Origin: Octopus bimaculoides
Lineage: Eukaryota
Direction of reading: 5' to 3'
Length of the DNA: 46,205 nucleotides
Assembly: GCF_001194135.2 (NCBI RefSeq)
Contig: NC_068982.1
Span: 191,605,522 to 191,651,726, forward strand
Shown here: one piece after another, positions 1 through 10,887 of the stretch
Numbering within the stretch: the first letter of the stretch is position 1
Layout: each line of letters begins with the position of its first letter
Translations under genes and position numbers: made by a program
Notes under the pieces: generated by a model
The model's database searches: none
Told to the model about the DNA's origin: nothing
What the model saw: only the letters and a program-made list of their open reading frames with translations

Positions 1-153
1 ATCACCATCGTCACCATCATCATCATCGTCACCATCGTCATCATCGTCACCATCGTCATCATCGTTACCATCATCATCATCATTACCATCACCATCATCA
101 CTTCTACCACCATCACCACCACCATCACCTCTATTATCATCATCATCATCACA
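1..153. repeat. Imperfect (ATC/ACC)n trinucleotide microsatellite
   Basis: Directly visible atcacc/atcatc/atcgtc repeats. Confidence 0.9.
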
Positions 154-755
154 AACATGATGGGGGAGATTCTTCTAAAGTTGTTGAAGTAAATCCAACC
201 CTGGGACATATTCACAGGTGTGTGTGTGGCAGGGGATTGATTATCGTTAAAAACTTCTTCAGAGTCCCCAATTTCAGTCCATTTCTCTGCAATTCCTGGC
301 AGTAAAACATCCAGAATTGGTTCTATCATCCTTTGACCAAAATCTGGCATCAAGCTCCTTTGCTCTTCCCAGACAGAGTGGTTATTGGGGGTAGCTGTTT
401 AACCCCAGGTCAGTTCTGTGTGAGTACATCTCTCCAGGTTATAGTCTACCTTGGATTACATGACTCAATGCAGCCTTTACTTTTTAAGATAGCAAAGTGT
501 GGTTTGAGGGAGACATATCTACTATTTCTAGCAGGCTGGACAACCACATCATGATGTTGTTGCTGTAAAACCCTAAGTTACTCTAGACTGAGCCTCCAAA
601 AAACAATCCAACCATGACTATCTTGTATTTTTTTTATTTATCTAAGACTGCATAGTTTAATGTATTCTCCTTGCAGGGTGTGGTTTGAAGGACTTTGACT
701 GCTTTTTCTAGTAGGCCAGTGGTATACAGCCTCAAAGTGGATGTCATAACTTGTA

Positions 756-1060
756 CATCATCATCATCATCATCGTTTAATGTCTGCTTTCCATGCTGGC
801 ATGGGTTGGACGATTTGACTGAGGACTGGTGAAACCAGATGGCTGCACCAGGCTCCGATCTGATTTGGCAGAGTTTCTACAGCTGGATGCCCTTCCTAAC
901 GCCAACCACTCCAAGAGTGTAGTGGATGCTTTTACGTGCCACCGGCACGAGGGCCAGTCAGGCGGTACTGGTAATGACCACCCTCAAATGGTGTTTTTTT
1001 TACATGCCACCTGCACAGGAGCCAGTCCAGCGGCACTGGCAACGACCTCATCTACAGCGA
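756..1060 (-). mobile_element. 5'-truncated 3' end of the abundant RTE family (family A), with (GAT)n tail
   Basis: Reverse complement matches the 3' UTR following the RTE ORF at 5487-6740 (...ccatgccagcatggaaagcggacgttaaacgatgatgat). Confidence 0.85.
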
Positions 1061-1658
1061 TGGTATGATGCCCATTCTTAAGGATTTCACTGACTCCACT
1101 AATGTCTGTGGAAAATGACTGAAACCAGTAAAAGTGCAAAGAATGAAATTTCTGTAGTGAAATAAGAAATATTCCTTTTAACTCTGCATTCCTTGATTGC
1201 TGCTCTTGGATATAACTATTAACTCTCCAGTCTTTATTCATCTCCTTATTCTCCAATATCGTAATATTTGATATTGAAACAAAAGTCCTTTGATGTCAAT
1301 TTTCTTTCCCGTCTTCCTTCCAATATTGACCCTCAATAAATGTCGCTATTCCTGTCAAATGCTCACCATTTTCTTGTTTCTTCCATGTTGCCAAATCCAG
1401 GTTAAATATGAACCGAGGTAAGTAGAAAGCTGATGTGCTTGCTTGATTTGATGTGATCCTGTTTTACCTTGTGGTGATTTTTTGAGTTTTTCCCCCCTTT
1501 TCTTCTTCTTCTTCTTAGAACAGTCTTTGAATTATTAGCCATTTTCTTCATTCTCAGTCTTTAGCTTTCTTCTCTATTCTAAAACTCTGCAACTTTTAAC
1601 AGATTTGTTTACCAAAAATCATTGTATCCTTTGACCTCTCAATATATTGTGGTTGAAG

Positions 1659-1990
1659 TGAAGGCCTGTGGCTCAGTGGTTCGGGTGTTCAGCTCATAAT
1701 CATGGGGTCATGAGTTTGATTCCCATCATAGTTGCATTGTGTCCTTGAACAAGACACTTGACTTCACATTGCTCCACACCACTCAACTGGTAAAAATGAG
1801 TAGTACCTGTAATTCAAAGGGCCAGTTGTTACATTCTGTGTCATGCTGAATCTCCCTGAGAACTATGTTAAGGGTACATGTACGTGTCTGTGGAGTACTC
1901 AGCCACTTGCTCGTTAATTTCATGAGCAGGCTGTTCCGTTGATAGGATCAACTGGAACCCTGATCGTCGCAACTGATGGAGTGCCAGTTT
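1659..1990 (+). mobile_element. tRNA-derived SINE (family B)
   Basis: Head has an A box (tggctcagtgg) and a B-box-like gagtttgattccc, followed by gtgtccttgaacaagacactt. Related copies lie at 29770-30075 and 36345-36675 (minus). Confidence 0.8.
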
Positions 1991-2949
1991 ATTCTGACCC
2001 AGAACACTCTCAATACTGCGTGTCTTTCAAAGAAGTCAATCATTGCCATTCTAAATAAAAATCTCATTGGAAGAATTCCTCTTCCAAAGAATTGGTAATC
2101 TTTGCATGCAATGTTTGTCAGTTTTGTCTGCAATCATTAAAATATCAAATTTCTCAAAGACTGGATTCTAAAGGAATCCTAATTCCATGTCTGTTGAAAG
2201 CTCTTTGCATTTTGCTGCATATTTGAATTGGAATTCTTGATTGCTTTAATTAACATTTAATTGATGATTGGACATTTCAGTTCATTAATTTCTTAAGATC
2301 TTAAATAAATCAAAATCAGACAGGGGTGGGGGTGAATGATTTCATTTTACAAATCAAAATTTGAACTGCAATTTAAAATTCAACAGAAACACTAAAATGA
2401 ACAAATAAGAAAGATTTTTTTTTTTTTAAATTGAAATTCAGTTAAAACTTGAATTTCAGTATCAGATTCTTCTCCTATTTTCCATTCTGATTTCGGGTTT
2501 TATCAATCTGAAATTTTATATCTGAAAAATATTTTCAAAATTTTAACCCTTGAAGATTTAGATTACACTGTCAAATGCATTGCTTAATTATTCACATTGT
2601 TTGGAATTAATCATGCATTATCTCATAGCTTTGAGATGTGATTGTTTTGTTTTTATAATGACATTGTAGGGTGGGTATGAAAAGCCAGATCTGGCCAGTT
2701 TGAACATAAAAGCAAGTAGAATATTTTGTCTGGATACAGGGTCTGGTTTAAATGCTGAAGAGTGAATCAAATTTCTATTCTAACTTGAAATAGAATTTGC
2801 TGATTTTCTTGGAATGTTTCCTTCATTTCCATGTCTTTATTTCCTTTAGTTTAAACCCAGAATTTTGTTCATTCCCCCAACAGCTAAACTGAATAAAATG
2901 TTGCCCTTCCCACTTATATCTTCATCTTTAATTCATCCAAGAAATGTTG

Positions 2950-3105
2950 TCGTGGTGTATTCCGGACAATAGAACCCAATTCCATCTTTCTCCTCAGTCT
3001 GTCTCATTGAAACATGAGATGCTAAATAATCTGCAAACATTACCAAATATAGAACCTCTATCCGTCCTTCATATCTCACCTTGGAATTAAAGCTGAGCCC
3101 TTAAT
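2950..3105 (-). mobile_element. Highly decayed LINE RT relic
   Basis: Minus-strand GSALIP followed by VMFAD(Y)L, resembling the QGSxLSP and FADD RT motifs. Confidence 0.45.
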
Positions 3106-3599
3106 TTCCAGAAAAGATACCAAGATGGCTCCAAAGCCAACTTTAAGGACTACAATGGAGATATTGTCAAGCAGGGGTCTTTGGGTTGTGATTCTAGTAA
3201 CTGGCTGTTGATTTCTTGGATTGAAATCTCTTCAAGAGAGCAACAAACACAACCAGAAAATCAACTGTTTGTGACCCCTAAAATGTCACATGACCACTCT
3301 TTTGACACCCCAACCTCCTTATTCAGTCAAATATTTCTCAATTATTCAATTATCCAGTAAATGTCCGTCATTAATTAAAACTGACACATTCACTAATAAC
3401 TTTGAGGGATAATTATGTTAAAGAGAGACAACTACTGGTTTCCTTTGATCTGCTAGATATAGCAGCTAAGAAGGCAGCCGTTCAACAATGATGATATATA
3501 TAGCACAGTATTGACCAGACCATCAAATGTTGTTACACACCACTGGTCACAATGCACTTCTAATTCTGTCTTGATTGTGCTGTTCTTTTTTCCATCTTG

Positions 3600-4060
3600 C
3601 TTAACCAAATTATCTTCCCATCATCATGGAGGCCTTCCAATCTCTTGAAAACCACTCAGTTACTGCAAGGGTCCGTCTGCTGTCTGTGAACCTTCCAATA
3701 CATGTCTGGCCCAGTAGAGCTTCTGCTTCCAGTCCTCTGGAATCACATCCTTCACTCCACTCCATTCTTGAAACATGTATACATGTTGCATGTAGAGCTA
3801 CATGTATACATGTTGCACGTAGAGCTACATGTACAACTACATGTAGGGGAGTTTTGAGCACCATGTAAATCATCGGCCAGTCTGCTTCCAGCACAGTGGT
3901 GGTGTTACTGTTAAGCTTCGTAATATTACAAGTTATGATATACAGAGCAAATGTAGGAGAAATTATGATAAACCCAGGCGTTTGAACTGTGTTAAAGAAT
4001 GCAATGAAATGTTCCACCACTGATCTGTTGTGGTTCAGAATCCAGATGCAATTTGGGACA
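3600..4060 (-). mobile_element. Decayed RTE ORF2 C-terminal relic containing a 27-bp ACATGT-rich tandem repeat (about 3773-3845)
   Basis: The minus-strand ORF reads ..CIWIL..EHFIAF..ISPT..TTTVLEA..HVSRME, loosely following RTE CETWTL/LEAF/GHVxRM. The unit acatgtatacatgttgcatgtagagct occurs twice plus a partial copy. Confidence 0.45.
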
Positions 4061-4959
4061 TCCACTGCAGAGGAAGCAAATAACCACAATGGTGAAACGT
4101 GCGTAGGGAACAAATGATATAAACTGCATTGGGTGTTTCTCGTGTGTGTGTGTTTGTTTGAGGAAATTGATTCCACTACCAGACAAGATAGATTTGGCTT
4201 CAGAGTAACAAACAAACAAGGGTGCCTATATGTGGTCACTCACCCTGTTAGAAATAGCTGTCAAACACCCTTTGCAGTTACACCTTACAATGTGTTTTTA
4301 AAAAAATGGACATATTTGTGCTATAGCCCTAGGTACACTTTGACTGAAACTAGCTCAAAATTAACTGCTTAATCAGAGTGAAATAATCCACTAAACCCAA
4401 GAAGGAAGAANNNNNNNNNNNNNNNNNNNNNNNNNNNNNNNNNNNNNNNNNNNNNNNNNNNNNNNNNNNNNNNNNNNNNNNNNNNNNNNNNNNNNNNNNN
4501 NNNNNNNNNNTTAAGAACTGAATTAGCGACAAGCTCTGAAAGATGCTGCATGTGAGTAAACTGCGCCCTTAATAATATTATTCGACTACTACCGTAGTTG
4601 AATGATACATATAACAAAATATATGCATGTATAACAACAATGTACATGTGATTTTATCAATGCTGCTATACAAGTGTGTGTGTGTGAAGCTAACCAGTAG
4701 CTGCTGCCTCTTCTTCCCCCAGTCTTCTTCTTCATCAATCCATTGTTTTTTCAAATAATGTTCTGCTCTCTATTTAGAATTTTTTTTCCTTTTAAGACAC
4801 TTGTTTCACCTTCTTTTTTCCCTGAAATTCTTTTCACTGATCTGCTGCCGTTTCCTTTTAAATATTCCATTTATCGTTAGCGATATCAGGTGTGTGTGGA
4901 TATAAAATGGATTTCTGCACTGTTTTCATACATCTATATATATTGTTTTTAATGTTTTT

Positions 4960-5175
4960 GTTTCAATCATTAGACTGCGGCCATGTTGGAGCAACGTGTC
5001 AACAAATTTTAGTCAAACTAATTGACCCCCAGCACTTATTTTCTTTTTAAACCAAGTACTTATTCTATTGGTCTCTTTTGCCAAACTGCTAGGTTACAGG
5101 GACATAAACACACCAACACTAGTTATCAAGTGGTGGTTGGGACAAACACAAAGGTACACACACACACACACACAT
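4960..5175 (-). mobile_element. SINE family C, 3' portion
   Basis: Matches the reverse complement of the full copy at 22655-22995 (...ccagcatggccgcagtctaatgattgaaaca). Confidence 0.75.
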
Positions 5176-5451
5176 GACTCCTGGCAATCTTCTGTGTTGG
5201 AGAAATCATGTCAAGCTGAGTAAAATTGTGGTTGTCCTTGCATGCAGGCGTGACCCCTGCATCCATCTCCAGCTAAATATCCCTAATCTTGCAGGCACCC
5301 ATACTAGTGCTGCATAAATGCACCCATTACACCCAGTAAAGTGGTTGGCATCAGGAAGAGCATCCAGTCGTAGATACCATGCCAAATCAGACTGGAGCCT
5401 GGTGTAGACCCCCTACTTGTCATCATGGACATTGGACATTAAATGATAATA

Positions 5452-5486
<35 letters not shown>

Positions 5487-5492
<6 letters not shown>

Positions 5493-6740
5493 GTTAACCT
5501 AGCAAAAACCAAAGTAGGAAGGCAGACAGATCACAAATCTCTTCAGGTAGATGGCCCTGTTCAATCTGAAGAAGAGGTGTAGGTAGAAACTCCATAAGAT
5601 GCACTCAGTATAAGCTTTGGACACATAAGAGGTGCAGCAATGTCAAAGGAAGGTTAACCGGGAAAATAGTTTTTATGTGTGGCAGATGCACTGGGGCAAT
5701 AAACACTGAAGATGTACAGAAAATAGACTCAATCAACTGCCAGGGAGGCAAGCTAGAGGTAGTAGGTAGCTTCCATTATCTTGGTGACTAAGTTAGTAGT
5801 GGAGGTGGATGCTCCGAGAGCGTAGCTGTGAGAATAAGATTAGGCTGGGCAAAGTTCAGAGAGCTCCTACCCCTGCTAGCAACAAAGGGCTTCTCTCTCA
5901 GAGTGAAAGGCAGATTGCATGATTCCTGTGTGCAAACAGCTATGCTACATGGCAGTGAAACATGGGCTGTGACAGCCGAGGACATGCGTAGGCTTAAAAA
6001 AAAATGAAGCCAGTATGCTTTGCTGGATGTGCATGTTCAACAGAGTGTAAGCATCTTGAGAGAAAAGTTGGGCATAAGAGGCATCAGATGTTGCATGCAA
6101 GAGAGGCAACTGCGCTGGTATGGTCATGTGATGTGTATGGATCAGGAGAGCTGTGTAAAAAAGTGCTGCTCTCTAACTGTGGAGGGAACCTGTGGTAGAG
6201 GTAGACCCAGGAAGACATGGGAAGAGGTGCTGAAGCATGATCTTTGAACATTGAGCCTCACAGAGGCAATGACTAGTGACCGAGACCTTTGGAAATATGC
6301 AGTGCTTGAGAAGACCCATCAAACCAAGTGCACCCATGCTGGTGGCATGTAAAGAACACCTTTCAAGCATTGGGCCTCACAGGCAAAGTGGCTGAGTTCC
6401 TTTCGAGTGTTGGGTCCCATGGAGGCAGTGACCAAGACCTTTGGCATTACGTTGTGCTTGACAAAACCCATCAAACCAAGCAGAATTAGTCACGGCTGAT
6501 ACTGGTGCCACGCAGTTGGCACATAAAAGCACCCAGGTCTCACGCAAATGGCACCTGTGCCGGTTGGCATGTAAAAGCACCCATTACACTTTCTCAGTGG
6601 TCGGTGTTAGGAAAAGCATCCAGCCGTAGGAAACCAAATCACACTGAAATCTGTTGCTGCATTCCAGCATGCCAGTTCGGTCAAACTGTCCAACCCATGC
6701 CAGCATGAATAACGGACGTTAAAGGATGATGATGATGATA
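5487..6740 (+). mobile_element. 5'-truncated RTE-clade LINE (family A): RT C-terminal half, 3' UTR and (GAT)n tail
   Basis: Reads RVNLAKTKV, a Cys-rich finger, LEVVGSFHYLGD*, RIRLGWAKFRELLPLL, MLHGSETW, QLRWYGHV and GRGRPRKTW, with stops and frameshifts. It starts directly after a (TA)n tract. Confidence 0.92.
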
Positions 6741-6859
6741 ATATATACATAGTGCACTTGAGCATTGTATACAATAAGTTCATTATTATTGTTCCATAAA
6801 CGCTCAACAGATTAAACTGTTGGGAAAGAAAAGTTCTTAACATCGGACAACAACAAATA

Positions 6860-7210
6860 AACTTGTGCCAAGAACCCTCCTAAGTATCCTAGCTTTCTCT
6901 CATAACACTGTTTTCTGGGTTTTCTGCCTATTTCCTCTATCCATCTATTCAAATCCTTAGGGATAGTTCCTAATGCACCTATAACTACTGGGATACATAT
7001 TTTACCTGCACTTTCTGGAGGGTCTGCAACTCTATGGCTTTGTCCTGGTACTTTACTATTTTCTCTATACCTCTCATATTGACTTTCTCGTCATTTGGGA
7101 CTGTGAAGTCGATTTCCTGGCACTTTCTATTCTCTTTGCTTACGACCTACTAAAGCAGGCATTTCTAGCTTCTTCTATTACTCTGTCAGTCTGAATGTTA
7201 TAATCCAATA
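6860..7210 (-). mobile_element. Decayed RLE-type non-LTR retrotransposon 3' end (R4/Dong-like)
   Basis: Minus-strand frames give YWDYNIQTDRVIEAR, IDFTVPNDEKVN, KIVKYQD.AIEL and QKTVL*EKARILRRVL, which is the PD-(D/E)xK endonuclease region of R2/R4-type LINEs. Confidence 0.75.
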
Positions 7211-8406
7211 CATACATACATATATATATATATAAATCAAAATAAGCAACAAAGATATTCAAGGTTACTGCAGTACGATCGTTTCATGCGACTCCATTTA
7301 TTTAAGCAGTAAACAATATATATATATACATACATACATACATATATATATATCATATATATNNNNNNNNNNNNNNNNNNNNNNNNNNNNNNNNNNNNNN
7401 NNNNNNNNNNNNNNNNNNNNNNNNNNNNNNNNNNNNNNNNNNNNNNNNNNNNNNNNNNNNNNNNNNNNNNNNNNNNNNNNNNNNNNNNNNNNNNNNNNNN
7501 NNNNNNNNNNNNNNNNNNNNNNNNNNNNNNNNNNNNNNNNNNNNNNNNNNNNNNNNNNNNNNNNNNNNNNNNNNNNNNNNNNNNNNNNNNNNNNNNNNNN
7601 NNNNNNNNNNNNNNNNNNNNNNNNNNNNNNNNNNNNNNNNNNNNNNNNNNNNNNNNNNNNNNNNNNNNNNNNNNNNNNNNNNNNNNNNNNNNNNNNNNNN
7701 NNNNNNNNNNNNNNNNNNNNNNNNNNNNNNNNNNNNNNNNNNNNNNNNNNNNNNNNNNNNNNNNNNNNNNNNNNNNNNNNNNNNNNNNNNNNNNNNNNNN
7801 NNNNNNNNNNNNNNNNNNNNNNNNNNNNNNNNNNNNNNNNNNNNNNNNNNNNNNNNNNNNNNNNNNNNNNNNNNNNNNNNNNNNNNNNNNNNNNNNNNNN
7901 NNNNNNNNNNNNNNNNNNNNNNNNNNNNNNNNNNNNNNNNNNNNNNNNNNNNNNNNNNNNNNNNNNNNNNNNNNNNNNNNNNNNNNNNNNNNNNNNNNNN
8001 NNNNNNNNNNNNNNNNNNNNNNNNNNNNNNNNNNNNNNNNNNNNNNNNNNNNNNNNNNNNNNNNNNNNNNNNNNNNNNNNNNNNNNNNNNNNNNNNNNNN
8101 NNNNNNNNNNNNNNNNNNNNNNNNNNNNNNNNNNNNNNNNNNNNNNNNNNNNNNNNNNNNNNNNNNNNNNNNNNNNNNNNNNNNNNNNNNNNNNNNNNNN
8201 NNNNNNNNNNNNNNNNNNNNNNNNNNNNNNNNNNNNNNNNNNNNNNNNNNNNNNNNNNNNNNNNNNNNNNNNNNNNNNNNNNNNNNNNNNNNNNNNNNNN
8301 NNNNNNNNNNNGTATCAAGACTATTATTGTGGATGTTCATTGGAGCATTTATTTTTCAACATGTAAGGAAGTAGTTTTTACTACCTTTCTTTCTCTTTCT
8401 ATATAT

Positions 8407-8472
8407 CATCATCATCGTTTAACGTCCGCCTTCCATGCTAGCATGGGTTGGACGATTTGACTGAGGACTGGT
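8407..8472 (-). mobile_element. 66-bp RTE family A tail flanked by TA repeats on both sides
   Basis: Reads atatat|catcatcatcgtttaacgtccgccttccatgctagcatgggttggacgatttgactgaggactggt|gtatatatat. Confidence 0.85.
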
Positions 8473-9390
8473 GTATATATATATATAAATGAAACAAAAA
8501 CGCAATGGAGGACATTAAAACATTCAGACAGATTGACGATACAAAGGCAGACAAGAGAAACAACAATTAGAAGGACAGGCAAAAAAAAAAAGGATGGATC
8601 ATTCGTGGCTTTCTTTCCTCAGGCAAGTTCTAGAGGTCACGACCATTTCAGGCAGTTACACTTGAGATGGTTCGATCTGGTTGTCCCCCAAAAAAGTCTA
8701 AGCTAAGAGTATTAGACCCCTTTGTAAGAAAGCTAGCGAATGTGTACAGCAACAAAGACAAAAGAACAAACAAACAGAAAATAGAGAACATGGTACAGAA
8801 TTCCGAATACAAACAACATTGGGGGGGGGGGGTAGTGGGAGTGGAGAAGCAAAAGAAAGAGGCATTCAACACATTTAATTGGAATTACATCTATTATTAT
8901 TTAAAGCTATTTGATTTGGTTCCATGCTTCTTAAAGTTTTACAGGCTTCTGACAGAAACCCAGTTCATTCAGGTTCAGCAAACCAAGTCCGAACGAGCCA
9001 GCATTTCTCTTCAAAGTCTGCAAAACTTTAAGCTGCATGGAGCGAAATGAAAGTGTTTTAACGAGAGATATTTATAATCAGTGTAAATATGGTTGTGTCA
9101 ACTTTCTTAAAAAAACGGATGCTGGAACTATTTGAAATGTTTACATTAAAGTTATTTCGGTCTTGTTTTATTGGGGGATACATAAATGGTGGTGGTGGTG
9201 GTGGTGGTGACAGCTGTGGCGAGATGACGTGGGTGGGCGGGTGTGGTGGAGGATTGTTATCTCCACACAAACTCTGTTTTGATGTCTGTGGTGTTAATTA
9301 AGCTAAACCATCTGTGATATCAGACCCTTGGAGGTGCCTTTTAGGCCAACAAAATTTCTGTCAACAACACACACAAATACATATATACAT

Positions 9391-9565
9391 GTGATTTTTA
9401 ATTCTCAATCGCAGAATAATGTTAATAATATACCCTTATTTTGCAGAGAAAAGTGTAGGTGGCTACACAGCTAGCCACCTACACTTTTCTCTGCAAAATA
9501 AGGGTAGTATATCCTGTTCAGGCTATATTATTAACATTATTCTGCGATTGAGAATTAAAAATCAC
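9391..9565. repeat. Near-perfect 175-bp palindrome (fold-back)
   Basis: 9391-9432 is the exact reverse complement of 9524-9565 (42 bp), and 9433-9465 of 9472-9504 (33 bp). There is a 6-nt loop and a 19-nt one-sided bulge. Confidence 0.95.
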
Positions 9566-9853
9566 TTCTTTAACTTTCTAAAAGACATCTCAACGCTTCT
9601 AAAAGCAAACTTCGTTTGTTTATTTACGTTTGTCGTAATTTGAATTTAACATATATACATATATATATACACATATATGTATGTATGTATGTATATTCTC
9701 TCCCCCACCCCCAACCTCTCTGTTAGGAGGCAGAAGCACTTCTACACACACACAATGGAAACTTCCGCCTACCAAACTCCATCATAAGGCTTCAGTCAGC
9801 CCATGGTTATGATATTTAGACGTGTATGAATTGTCTAAGAGAATATAAATGTA

Positions 9854-9972
9854 GGAAGAGAGCAGTTGCCATATTCCTTTCCATGCCGGCCAACTCTGAC
9901 GACTGATTCTTTGTCTTTTATGCTGGTCAGAGTTAGCAGATACGGAAGGGAATATGGCGACTACTCTCTTCC
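9854..9972. repeat. Imperfect inverted repeat with 47-bp arms (MITE-like or pre-miRNA-like)
   Basis: 9854-9900 pairs with 9926-9972, with 39 Watson-Crick pairs, 3 G:U pairs and 5 mismatches, and a 25-nt loop. Confidence 0.85.
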
Positions 9973-10089
9973 CTCGTTTACGAGTGTAAAGTTATATAAT
10001 CAGTTTGTAACCTAACTCTCTCCAATTGTATTCTTTACACGAAACCAATAGATAAGATCAGCCATGATGGATATTTAATATATATATAT

Positions 10090-10395
10090 CATCATCATCA
10101 TCATCATCATCATCATTTAATGTCCGTTGTCCTTGCTGGCATGGGTTGGATGGTTTGACCAGGGCTGGAGAGCTGAAGGGCTGCACCAGACCTCAGTCTG
10201 ATTTGGCATGATTTCTGTGTCCGGATGCCCTTCCTAACACCAACTACTCCAAGAGAGTAATGAGTGCTTAGACATACAAGTTGTGTGACCCCAGGATCTA
10301 CCATTATAACAATTTCACTTGGCTTCATAAGTCTTCTACTGAAGCATGGCATATTGCCAGAGGCCTTGGTCATTTGTCATTGCCTCTGTGAGGCA
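10090..10395 (-). mobile_element. RTE family A 3' end, internally deleted
   Basis: (CAT)n tail directly after (TA)n, with the same 3' UTR sequence as the other copies. Confidence 0.8.
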
Positions 10396-10636
10396 ATGTA
10401 TGTGTGTGTGTGTGTTGTAACATTTTGGGTGAAGAAAATACAAACAATAGTGAACACCATTTTGACTGACAGAAGAAATCTCAGCCACCTTTCAGATTGG
10501 AATCATTGATACCACATCTACAGGAACATTAAGGATCATCTGCTGTCAGCTGGTTGAACATCAAGGATCTCTATTCAGGGCTTTTTTTTTTCTCTTCCAT
10601 TCTTACCCATTTACCAAATAATATTTTAGTCCATTG

Positions 10637-10887
10637 AGGTGATGAGCTAGCAGAATCGTTAGCACACTGGGCAAAATGCTTAGTGGTATTTCGTCAGTCT
10701 TTATGTTCTGAGTTCAAATTCCGCCGAGGTTGATTTTACCTTTCATCATTTTGGGGTCGATAAATTAAGTACCAGTTGCATACTGGGGTCAATAAATTAA
10801 GTACCAGTTGCATACTGGGGTCAATCTAATCAACTGGCCTTCTCCTCAAAAATTTCGGGCCTTGTGCCTAGAGTGGAAAAGAATATT
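10637..10887 (+). mobile_element. tRNA-derived SINE (family D) with an internal 32-bp duplication
   Basis: Reads gagctagcagaatcg...gagttcaaattcc (B box)...gaggttgattttacctttcatcattttggggtcgataaattaagtaccag. Related copies lie at about 17700-18035 (-), 23130-23305 (+) and 38940-39115 (+). Confidence 0.8.

Noticed and set aside
984-1400. 90-aa minus ORF (ENKEMNKDWRVNSY...) as a host protein
   Set aside because: There is no splice acceptor. The purine-rich minus strand has LINE-like remnants (LRVNIGRKT) in another frame, and the ORF runs into an RTE tail.
3610-4239. 209-aa minus ORF as a membrane protein
   Set aside because: It is better explained as a decayed RTE C-terminus plus a 27-bp tandem repeat and a (CA)n tract.
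7237-8340. Long ORFs of X residues (also 44488-45572, 12606-12914 and 16002-16281)
   Set aside because: These are artefacts of translating through N gaps.
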